A DNA stretch of 16,951 nucleotides from Candidatus Jordarchaeales archaeon (GTDB lineage: Archaea > Asgardarchaeota > Jordiarchaeia > Jordiarchaeales > Freyrarchaeaceae): NCBI GenBank assembly GCA_038858525.1, contig JAWCFL010000035.1:1-16951 (forward strand), written 5' to 3'. The position numbers and the translations under genes were made by a program. The notes under the pieces are model-generated. The model made no database searches. It was not told the DNA's origin and saw only the letters and a program-made list of their open reading frames with translations. Within the stretch, counting starts at the first letter, position 1. Each line of letters opens with the position of its first letter. Below are positions 1 to 8,100 of this stretch, in pieces.

Positions 1-40
1 GAAGATTGCTGAGAGAGACATTGAGCTGAGTGAATCCTAA
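1..40 (+). CDS. Partial CDS, C-terminal end of an unidentified upstream gene (..KIAERDIELSES*)
   Basis: Frame 2 is open from the window edge to TAA at 38-40, followed by a structured UTR and U-tract. Frame 3 (RLLRETLS*, TGA 27-29) cannot be excluded. Confidence 0.4.
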   Translation, partial: KIAERDIELSES

Positions 41-49
41 ATTTTTCCA

Positions 50-99
50 GGGTTGGGATGACTCGTCTCCCAAAACGTTGCGGAGGCGGGAACCACCCC
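50..99 (+). promoter_or_regulatory. Putative SECIS element (eukaryote/Asgard type) in a 3' UTR
   Basis: AUGA (58-61), 10 nt, unpaired AAAA (72-75). CUCGUCUCC (62-70) pairs with GGAGGCGGG (82-90). GA at 90-91 is opposite the AUGA. Lower helix GGGUUGG (50-56) pairs with CCACCCC (93-99) with one mismatch. Lies between a stop codon and a U-tract. Confidence 0.5.
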
Positions 100-126
100 C
101 AGCAGGGGGATGCCCTCCTGAAAAAC

Positions 127-150
127 TTTTTCTTTCCCTTTTTTGTGTTT
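127..150 (+). terminator. Archaeal oligo-U terminator candidate
   Basis: TTTTTCTTTCCCTTTTTTGTGTTT downstream of the upstream CDS and hairpin, upstream of the comA promoter. Confidence 0.5.
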
Positions 151-175
151 GGGTGCCGTTTTACGGTCTTCGCTG

Positions 176-233
176 CATAAGCTTTTAAAGCGGTCCCTGT
201 TTGAACGTTAAGGGGAATTTGCCGGTTGGGTGA
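176..233 (+). promoter_or_regulatory. BRE/TATA promoter and SD for comA
   Basis: CATAAGC followed by TTTTAAAG (183-190); GGGTGA (228-233) 6 nt before ATG 240. Confidence 0.55.
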
Positions 234-239
234 ATATCT

Positions 240-1037
240 ATGTGTCCTCAGCTGTTTGAGCTTTCGCCTGTGGAGAGAGCGTTGAAGCCTAGGTTGTCAG
301 GTTTAACTTCCGTTATAGATCGAGGTATTAGCCCGTCCGGATTGCGTGAGCTGATGAATGTCGCCGGCGAGTACATTGACTTCTGGAAGTTCGGCTGGTG
401 CACTTGGCTCCTAATTCCTTTAAAGGCGGTTAAGGAGAAAATTGAGATTTGCAAGGAGTTTGACGTGAAAGTTATGCCTGGCGGCTCCAGCTTGGAAGCA
501 GCCTTCGCGAGGGGAAAGATCAAGGAGTTTTTAAGTTTCCTCAAAAAGCTCGGCTTCAGCTCGCTCGAGGTTTCTAATGGAATAATCGAAATGAACCTTG
601 AGGAGAAGCTCAAGCTTGTGCAAACCGCCAAGGACTTCGACTTCTACCCCGTAATCACCGAGGTTGGAAGGAAAAAGCCGGAGGAGGACGCCTCCCTCCC
701 CCTCTCAGAGAGAGTAGAGCTAATGAAGCGTGAGCTTGAGGCTGGAGCGGACTACGTCGTCGTTGAGGCTAGGGAGAGCGGGGTGGGGATAGGGCCCTAT
801 GACGCAAAGGGTGACGTTAAGAAGGACTTCGTCGAGTCCATAACACGAGAAATTCCGGTAGAAAAGATAATGTGGGAGGCTCCTTTAAAGTCTCAGCAGG
901 TTTGGCTGATAAAGCGTTTTGGTCCTAACGTTAACCTTGGAAACATTCAGCCTGACGAAGTTATTCCTCTGGAAACTCTTCGCCTCGGCCTTAGAGGCGA
1001 CACAATGCCAGACCTCCTCTTGAAGGTATCAAGATGA
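240..1037 (+). CDS. comA: Phosphosulfolactate synthase
   Basis: Motifs VIDRG, YIDFWKFGW, EVSNG, TEVGRK, VVEARESG, WEAP..QQVWLIKRFGPNVNLGN and LETLRLGLRGDT. Confidence 0.95.
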   Translation: MCPQLFELSPVERALKPRLSGLTSVIDRGISPSGLRELMNVAGEYIDFWKFGWCTWLLIPLKAVKEKIEICKEFDVKVMPGGSSLEAAFARGKIKEFLSFLKKLGFSSLEVSNGIIEMNLEEKLKLVQTAKDFDFYPVITEVGRKKPEEDASLPLSERVELMKRELEAGADYVVVEARESGVGIGPYDAKGDVKKDFVESITREIPVEKIMWEAPLKSQQVWLIKRFGPNVNLGNIQPDEVIPLETLRLGLRGDTMPDLLLKVSR

Positions 1038-1717
1038 TCGCTAGGCTAGCGTTTAGCTCAGAGGGTGCGCTCAGAGCAGCTATGAAGGGGCACACTGTAA
1101 TAGTGATTGACACCTTAAGGGCGAGCACCACCGTCACCACAATACTAGAAAACGGGGGAGTTGGGGTCGCCCCCGCCGCTACGGTGGAGGAAGCAAGGAG
1201 CAAGGCTAGAGAGCTCTCAGGGGCCTTCGGGGGAGACGTTATACTCGCAGGCGAGAGAGGCGGGTTAAGAATCCCCGGGTTTAACTTTGGGAACTCCCCT
1301 TTGGAGTTCACCCGGGAAGTGGTGGAGGGAAAAATCGTGGTTTTGACGACGACGAACTTCACGAAGGTGGTGCAACAGGCGATGAGAGCCCCACTAGTAA
1401 TTGCTGGATGCTTGAGGAACGCTGAAGCAGTTGCCAGCTTAGCTAGGCGTGAGTCGCTCAGGAGCGGCAGGAAGGTGACGGTTGTCCACTCCGGGAGAAG
1501 GGGGGAGTTCAGCCCAGAGGACTACGTGACAGCGTGCGTCATAAAGTGTCTTATTGAGGGCGTGGAGCCGCCCAGCCATGAGGAATGCGTTCTAAACTCG
1601 CCGAGCGCGAAGAACCTCGCGGAACTCGGCTTCTGGGAGGATGTGAAGTACTGCTCGCAGCTGAACGTAAGCGTCACAGTGCCCATCTTGAGGAACGGTA
1701 TCTTCGTCAAATCCTAG
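1034..1717 (+). CDS. comB: 2-phosphosulfolactate phosphatase
   Basis: Motifs VIDTLRASTT, LAGERGG, FGNSP, LTTTN, GCLRNA and ED; ATGA overlap with the comA stop (1034-1037). Confidence 0.93.
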   Translation: MIARLAFSSEGALRAAMKGHTVIVIDTLRASTTVTTILENGGVGVAPAATVEEARSKARELSGAFGGDVILAGERGGLRIPGFNFGNSPLEFTREVVEGKIVVLTTTNFTKVVQQAMRAPLVIAGCLRNAEAVASLARRESLRSGRKVTVVHSGRRGEFSPEDYVTACVIKCLIEGVEPPSHEECVLNSPSAKNLAELGFWEDVKYCSQLNVSVTVPILRNGIFVKS

Positions 1718-1719
1718 CC

Positions 1720-2448
1720 TTAGATGTTCTTTATCCAGATAACCCTCCTTTTATCGTATGGCTTGCCTTTAAGGTAGAAGACGCGCAAACCATACTCCCA
1801 CGCTAATTGCTGTAGAGCTGCAACGGTTACCCTTGTCCCATCAGTCACATCTATTATCGGCTCATACTTGAATATGAGCTTCTTCAAAGCATCCTCAGCT
1901 ATCCTGTAAATTTTCTCGTAGTCGTAAAGGACTTCGTCGTCAACCCATACAACCTCCGCCTCCTCTGCACGCCCCCCAATTTTTCCCTTCATCTTGTTCT
2001 CCGCTATGAAAACATACTTGCTTAGAGATATTCCCTCCTGCTCCTTCAAGCGCCACCCTATCTCCCTCATCAACAACGGCTCCGAGTCTAGGGCTGCAAG
2101 GCAAGAAATAGACGTGGAAGCGTTCAAATATCTCCTCACAGCCTGCAGCATTTTAGGGTTGATCTCAGCGTACTTAGTCTTCCAGTCCCTGTAACGCACG
2201 ATCAACCCGCTGTTTTCCAGCGCTTGAAGGTTAAAGTAAAGCTTTGCATCAGAAATAGACCTCGGGGAAACCCCTAATCTCTTAGCAAGCGCATACCTCA
2301 GCTCTATCCCAGTCTTCGGCCCCTCCAAAAGCTCTCTAAGTATTATTAAGCGCGCTTCAACCCCTCCCACAGCGCGCGCAACTACAGTAACAGCATCGCT
2401 CAAAGAGGACACCACAATAACTTTTCTAAACGGAAAAACATAAACCAA
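1720..2448 (-). CDS. Transcription regulator: N-terminal winged HTH (ArsR/PadR-like) plus C-terminal Csa3-like CARF domain
   Basis: wHTH at about aa 32-98 (RLIILRELLEGPKT..ISDAKLYFNLQALENSGLI). Rossmann-like beta/alpha pattern at aa 113-242 with CARF-like motifs CLAALDSEPLLMR and IIDVTDGTR. TTG start at 2448; alternative TTG at 2403 behind GGTG. Confidence 0.75.
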   Translation of the reverse strand: MVYVFPFRKVIVVSSLSDAVTVVARAVGGVEARLIILRELLEGPKTGIELRYALAKRLGVSPRSISDAKLYFNLQALENSGLIVRYRDWKTKYAEINPKMLQAVRRYLNASTSISCLAALDSEPLLMREIGWRLKEQEGISLSKYVFIAENKMKGKIGGRAEEAEVVWVDDEVLYDYEKIYRIAEDALKKLIFKYEPIIDVTDGTRVTVAALQQLAWEYGLRVFYLKGKPYDKRRVIWIKNI

Positions 2449-2468
2449 AATCTTACTATGAAGCCTCT

Positions 2469-2483
2469 AAAATAAACTTTTTT
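2469..2483 (-). promoter_or_regulatory. BRE/TATA promoter candidate for the HTH-CARF gene
   Basis: Minus strand AAAAAAG-TTTATTTT; first T of the box is 28 nt upstream of TTG 2448. Confidence 0.45.
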
Positions 2484-2537
2484 GCCTCCGGGACACAATG
2501 ATAACTTCATGGTAACCCATTACGGTGAGTAGCACCG

Positions 2538-2569
2538 AAATAAAAAGAAAGAAAAAAGAACAGAGAAAA
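2538..2569 (-). terminator. Oligo-U terminator candidate for the acyltransferase-like gene
   Basis: Minus strand TTTTCTCTGTTCTTTTTTCTTTCTTTTTATTT about 100 nt past the stop at 2673; adjacent 5-bp hairpin CGGTG-AGTAG-CACCG (2523-2537). Confidence 0.45.
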
Positions 2570-2672
2570 CTTAAGGAACGTGAGCGAGCTTCCTGATACA
2601 GAAACGCGAAATTCGTCCTGAAAGAAGAGTCTCATAAAACCTTGAATGGCACTAGTATGCTATGAGTTTTTA

Positions 2673-3578
2673 TTATTGTTGCTGAGCGGTCTCTTCTTTC
2701 TTTTGCGTGTTTTCCTCCTTTTCGTCGAGCTTTTTGACGAGCTTCACTGGTATTCCAACCCATACCGTGTTGCTCGGGAGTTTGGCCCCCTTCGGAACCA
2801 TGGAGTATGTTCCAATTATTACCCTGTCTCCGAGCTCAGCCCCCGGCCAGACTAGTGATCGGAATCCGAGCACGCAGTTCTTCCCTACCTTTGCGCGGGC
2901 GAAAAGTATTCTGTCCCCCTCTATCGCGTGCCCCGCAACGCAGCTGTAGGCGCCCATAGTTGTTCCGTCCCCGATCTCGACCATATATGGATCCAGTATT
3001 GTTGCGGGGAAGACGCCCCTCCCCAGCTTTGCGCCCAGAGCTTTATACATTAGGCGGCTCAGCTCCGCCCTAGCCCATGGCCCCTCGCCGAAGAAGCTCA
3101 GAAACGTGCCTGTTATCGTGGCATTCAGTAGGAACTGCCTCACGACAGGGTTAGCTGGAGTGTAAGGGTAGTATCCTTCAGGGATGGGCTTAACGAGGAT
3201 CTTAGCGAAGACTAGCAGGTAAAGGAAGTAGATGAATTTGGCGGACACGTGGATCACAGGTATCGCTGCTAGAGCCAACGCCAGTGAAGTTGGAGTCAAC
3301 GGAACGCTCAGCCCGGTTAATGTCAGGGTGGGGGCCCCAAGAATCCACCAGAGTCCGGGGTTAACTAAGTAGAACGCGTCAAGCATCCATTGTAGTATTT
3401 TGAGCGCGACGAAGATTAAGAGCGCGGCGGTCAGGAACGTCAGTACCGCTGGTGCGATCAGGAACAAGTTGTGTCTTGCTGCAAACCAAAGGCTTGCCTT
3501 TCTGAGAGCCTTAGTTTCTCTCTTCAGCTCCTCTCCAGTAAGTAGCTTTGCTCCTCCCTCAACAAGCTCACCGCTCAA
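2673..3578 (-). CDS. Membrane-anchored left-handed beta-helix (hexapeptide repeat) acyltransferase-like protein
   Basis: About three hydrophobic N-terminal segments, then LGAKLGRGV, EIGDGTTMG, KVGKNCVLG, ELGDRVIIG and WVGIP hexapeptide repeats; strong SD GGAGGTG before TTG 3578. Confidence 0.85.
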   Translation of the reverse strand: MSGELVEGGAKLLTGEELKRETKALRKASLWFAARHNLFLIAPAVLTFLTAALLIFVALKILQWMLDAFYLVNPGLWWILGAPTLTLTGLSVPLTPTSLALALAAIPVIHVSAKFIYFLYLLVFAKILVKPIPEGYYPYTPANPVVRQFLLNATITGTFLSFFGEGPWARAELSRLMYKALGAKLGRGVFPATILDPYMVEIGDGTTMGAYSCVAGHAIEGDRILFARAKVGKNCVLGFRSLVWPGAELGDRVIIGTYSMVPKGAKLPSNTVWVGIPVKLVKKLDEKEENTQKKEETAQQQ

Positions 3579-3751
3579 ACAACCACCTCCCTATGCGAAC
3601 GAAGAAGCAGAGCCCATAAGCCTTAGACCCTACTGTCAAACTTAACTTAAAAAACTTGTCATAACCCCACTCTTTTTTCTCAGCGTCGTATCGTTAGAGA
3701 GGTGGGAAGGCTATGCGTGTGTGGAATAACTGGTCTCTCGATAGGTTGAAG

Positions 3752-5152
3752 CTAGAGGCTCATTTTTCCCGGGTTAAGTATTCCTTGGGGATCGAATGCC
3801 TCCTTTATTTTCCTCATAATTCTGAGGGATGACCCGTGGATGCTCTCCATGTAGTCTGCTCTCAGTAGCCCTATTCCGTGCTCCCCACTTATGTTTCCTC
3901 CGAGCCTAACGGCGAGCTCGTAGATTTCCCTCGCCATCGCCCTCATCTTCTCCCACTCTTCTTGGCTGGTGGGGTCTATCATTATTCCCGAGTGGCAGTT
4001 TCCGTCCCCCGCGTGTCCATATATGCAAACCGGTATACCATACCTTTCCGAAATGCGATGCACCTCCTCGATGAAGCGGGGGAGCTGGGCGAGAGGGACG
4101 CAGACGTCCTCAGCCTCGTAGACCCTGACCCTTCTTCTGTCGACGTTCATTATGGCTCCCCCCACGATTTCCCTCCCCGCCAGAAGCCTCTCCTTCTCCT
4201 TCGGGTCACTTGTCCACTCGGTTTCCCCTCCATGCGTTCTGCAAGCGTCAATTATTACCTCGAGTTGCCTTTCAACCTCCTGCTCGCTTCCGTCAATCTC
4301 GAAGTAAAGGACCGCCCCGGCTTTAGGCAGGTTAAGTGATGGAACGTAGCGATTGACCGCCTCTATCGACCTTTCATCGAGAATCTCTATGGCTGAAGGT
4401 ATAACCTGTCTGAGGACGGCGTTAACTGCTTTGGCGGCTGACGCGCCATCCTTAAAGTAAGCTACCACCACCGCTGATCTTTCGGGGAGCGGAAGGATCC
4501 TTAAGATTGCCTCTGTCACTACTCCCAGCGTTCCCTCCGAGCCAACTATGAGTTGAATAAGGTCATAGCCCAGACACCTCTTTAGGACCTTCCCTCCAAG
4601 GCTCAGCACCTCCCCCGGGGGGATCACGACCTTTAGTCCGAGGACGAAGTTTCTAGTTACGCCGTACTTCACAGCGTGCATTCCGCCGGCGTTTGTAGCG
4701 ATCATACCCCCAATCGTGCACATCTTCTTGCTTCCAGGGCTCGGAGGGAAGAAGAATCCATGCTTCGCAAGCTCCTTGTTGAGCCTTTCAGGCGTGATTC
4801 CAGCTTCGACGGTTACACAGAAATTGTCGAGGTCGACCTCCAGTATTCTGCTCATTCCGCTTAGGTCAATCACTATTCCACCATGCACTGGGACTGCCCC
4901 GCCGCAGAGCCCTGTCCCGCCCCCTCTTGGCGTAACGGGGATGCGCTTCTCCGACGCTATCCTGATAACTTCAACTACTTGACTAGTGTTCTTAGGTGTG
5001 ACCACGACTTCGGGTAGCGAGCTGAACAGGGATGCGTCGGTGGAGTAGGCGTACCTCTCAACCACGTCGGTTTTTACGTTCCCCTCCCCCAGCGTCTCCA
5101 TAAGCCTGTTCAGAACTTCACTGTCAACCTTGCCGTAAATTCTCCCGCTCAT
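3752..5152 (-). CDS. FAD-linked 2-hydroxyacid oxidoreductase (GlcD / D-lactate dehydrogenase family)
   Basis: PRGGGTGLCGG, TIGGMIATNAGG, GSEGTLG, HAGDGNCH, SGEHGIG and FDPQGILNPGK motifs; ATG 5152 behind GGTG preferred over GTG 5161. Confidence 0.92.
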   Translation of the reverse strand: MSGRIYGKVDSEVLNRLMETLGEGNVKTDVVERYAYSTDASLFSSLPEVVVTPKNTSQVVEVIRIASEKRIPVTPRGGGTGLCGGAVPVHGGIVIDLSGMSRILEVDLDNFCVTVEAGITPERLNKELAKHGFFFPPSPGSKKMCTIGGMIATNAGGMHAVKYGVTRNFVLGLKVVIPPGEVLSLGGKVLKRCLGYDLIQLIVGSEGTLGVVTEAILRILPLPERSAVVVAYFKDGASAAKAVNAVLRQVIPSAIEILDERSIEAVNRYVPSLNLPKAGAVLYFEIDGSEQEVERQLEVIIDACRTHGGETEWTSDPKEKERLLAGREIVGGAIMNVDRRRVRVYEAEDVCVPLAQLPRFIEEVHRISERYGIPVCIYGHAGDGNCHSGIMIDPTSQEEWEKMRAMAREIYELAVRLGGNISGEHGIGLLRADYMESIHGSSLRIMRKIKEAFDPQGILNPGKMSL

Positions 5153-5168
5153 ACCGGACACCTTATCG

Positions 5169-8100
5169 TTAACAGAAGGCGAAGCGTTTCTCGACGTTTT
5201 TCAAGTTTTCGAGGTAATCATTCAAGGACTTTGCTGATAGCTCCTTACTTTTCCTAATGCTTTCGAGCGCCGCCACCAAGCTCTTAGCCATTTTGATGTT
5301 AGTGATTACTGGTATGTTGTACTCTGTCGCCTTCCGCCTTATCATGTACTCGTCTCTCATCATGTCAGCATACTTCTCAAGGGTGCCGGTTCTAGGTATA
5401 TTGATAACTAGGTCAATCTTTCTCTCAAGAATTAAGTCCCTTATATTGGGCTCCCTGTGAGGCTCGCTTATCTTGTAGACTACTTTCACGTCCCTTATTC
5501 CAGTTTCGGCAAGCGCCTCAGCGGTGTGCTCGGTGGCGTATATCTCGTAGCCCATATCCGCGAACTTCTTCGCTATAGGTGCTATTTCCTGCTTGAGCAT
5601 CCTGCCGCCGACAGTTACCAGTATGTTTCCTTTCTCTAGGGGAACTTCGAACTCGGCCGCTAGAAGCGCCTTTAAGAACGCCTCCTCTAGGGTATCGCCT
5701 AGACAGGCAACCTCACCCGTCGACATCATTTCTACACCGAGAACGGGGTCTGCCCCGTCAAGCCTCATGAATGAAAACTGAGGAACCTTAACTCCAAAGT
5801 GGGGAAGATGTCGTGGAGCGGCAACGTTAAGCTCCCTCAGCTTCTTTCCCAGCATGACCGGAACTGCTACATCCATCAAGTTGACTCCTATGGTCTTACT
5901 GACGTATGGCATAGAGCGGGACGCCCTCAAGTTACACTCTATAACGTACACCACTCCGTCCTTAACGAGGTACTGAATGTTAAATGGACCCTTTATTCTG
6001 AGGGATGAGGCTATTCTGCACGTGTAGTCCTCTATGGTTCTCTTCACGTTTTCAGTGAGGCTGAAGGGCGGTATAACCATTGTTGCATCTCCAGAGTGTA
6101 CGCCTGCATCCTCAACGTGCTCTATTATAGCGCCTATGAACGTGTCCTCCCCGTCGCTTACTCCGTCAACTTCGACTTCCCTAGCTCCCTCTATGAACTT
6201 CGAGATGACCACAGGGTGTTCAGGGGAAACCGATGAGGCTAAAACAAGGAAGTCTTCGAGTTGCTCCTCAGTGTATGCCACCCTCATTGCGGCGCCAGAC
6301 AAGACGTAGCTTGGACGCACAAGGACAGGGTATCCAACTTTTCTCGCGAACTCCTTTGCGTCATCCAGCGAGGCGAGCTTACTCCACGGTGGCTGCGGTA
6401 TACCGAGCGTCTCTAGGAGCGCGCTGAACTTGGCTCTATCCTCTGCGCGATCCACATCCTCCCCAGCTGTCCCCAGTATCCTAACACCAGTTTTGGCAAG
6501 CCTGTGAGCTATGTTATTCGGGATCTGTCCTCCAACTGAAACTATGACCCCCAACGGGTTCTCCTTCTCATAGATATCAAGAATCCTCTCAAAGGTCAAC
6601 TCCTCGAAGTAAAGTTTGTCACTTATGTCATAATCCGTGGACACTGTTTCCGGATTATAGTTTACAACTATAACCTTCTTCGCACCATTGTCTTTCAGGG
6701 CGAAGACGGTGTTAACGCAGCACCAGTCGAACTCAACAGAGCTCCCTATCCTATATGTACCAGCGCCCAAAACAATGACTTTTTCTTCTTCCTCCTCATC
6801 AAACACTCCGTCGTCCTCGTCTCCGCCGTATGTCACGTAGACATAGTTTGTCTTAGCAGGCCACTCAGCCGCTAACGTGTCAATCTGCTTAACTACGGGG
6901 ATTACCCCCAACCTCTTTCTGAGCTTTCTCACCTCAAGCTCTTCCATTCCAAAATAGGATGCTATCTGCTTGTCCGAGAAACCCAGCCTCTTAGCTCTTA
7001 AGATAAGGTCTTTCAATTCATCTTCGTCGAGGCGTTCTACTCCTACTTTGCCTGCTTCTTTCAGCTCCGCCTCCATGTTTATTACGTTCTTTATTTTATT
7101 GATGAACCACGGATCTATCCCGCTTAGCTCGTAAATTTTTTCAACGCTTAAACCATACTTTAAGGCTTTAACTATCTTGAAGAAGCGTTCATCAGTCGGG
7201 TTAGCGAGAACGTACTCTATGTGCTCTATTGGTTCAGGTTTTTCCTCGTCAATGTTCCCCACGAGACCGACTTTCCCTATGTCAAGCATTCTGACCGCTT
7301 TCTGTATTGCCTCTTCAAAGCAGCGCCCTATCGCCATAACCTCCCCGACGCTTTTCATCTGGGGCCCAATCTCGCGGCTCACATTGATGAACTTCTGTAA
7401 ATCCCAGCGGGGGAACTTCACGACAATATAGTCTAAGGCTGGCTCGAAACATGCTGTAGTAACCATGGTAACCTTGTTCATTAGCTCAGGCAACGTGTAA
7501 CCTATGGCCAGCTTAGCTGCTATGTATGCTAAGGGATATCCTGTAGCTTTCGACGCTAGAGCCGAGGAACGAGAGAGCCTAGCATTGATTTCTATAGCCC
7601 TAAACTCCTCGCTTCTAGGGTGAAGAGCATACTGAATATTGCACTCCCCAACTATTTGTAGATACCTCACCGCCTTTATCGAAGCCTCTCTTAGGAGGTG
7701 ATACTCCCTATTTGTGAGCGTCTGACTTGGTGCAACTACTATTGAGTCCCCTGTGTGTACCCCCATCGGGTCAACGTTCTCCATGTTGCACACTGTAATA
7801 CAGTTGTCCTCGTAATCCCTAACCACCTCATACTCTATCTCCTTCCACTTTCCAACATACTCCTCGATCAAGATCTGCCTGATCATGCTCTGTGCGAGTC
7901 CCCTGCTAGCTATCTCAACCAGCTCATCCGGGTTGTGCGCCACCCCTGAGCCCTTTCCTCCAAGCGTGTAGGCCACCCTCACTATAACAGGGTAACCTAT
8001 CTCCTCAGCTACTTTTAACGCCTCCTTAACTGACGTCGCAGGCGCGCTCTCTAAAACGGGCACACCAGCCTTTATCATGGCTCGCCTGAATAGTTCTCTA

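Noticed and set aside
1-33. Frame 1 TGC-TGA (Cys-UGA) as a possible selenoprotein C-terminus
   Set aside because: Three TGAs within 11 codons and no recognisable motif; frame 2 looks more like coding sequence.
55-120. Fluoride (crcB) riboswitch resemblance (GGGAUG...CCC-AAAAC...GAUG)
   Set aside because: The required pseudoknot complement to the first loop is absent, and the element sits in a 3' UTR position before a terminator.
55-121. Box C/D sRNA reading (GGGAUGA as box C, CUGA at 118-121 as box D)
   Set aside because: Box C is mismatched and there is no convincing C'/D' pair. The SECIS fold explains AUGA, AAAA and GA together. Not fully excluded.
2522-2530. 9-mer ACGGTGAGT shared with the omegaRNA 3' scaffold end
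   Set aside because: A 9-nt match is expected by chance at this scale and covers scaffold rather than guide; no other element remnants nearby.
1035-3754. Stop-codon read-through (Sec/Pyl) at comA TGA, comB TAG or glcD TAG
   Set aside because: Each protein is already complete at its stop and the downstream frames show no homology or stop quickly.
3752-5152. GlcD-like enzyme as a substitute for the missing ComC
   Set aside because: It is on the opposite strand in the carAB operon, and this family usually prefers D-2-hydroxyacids while the ComAB product is L-configured sulfolactate.
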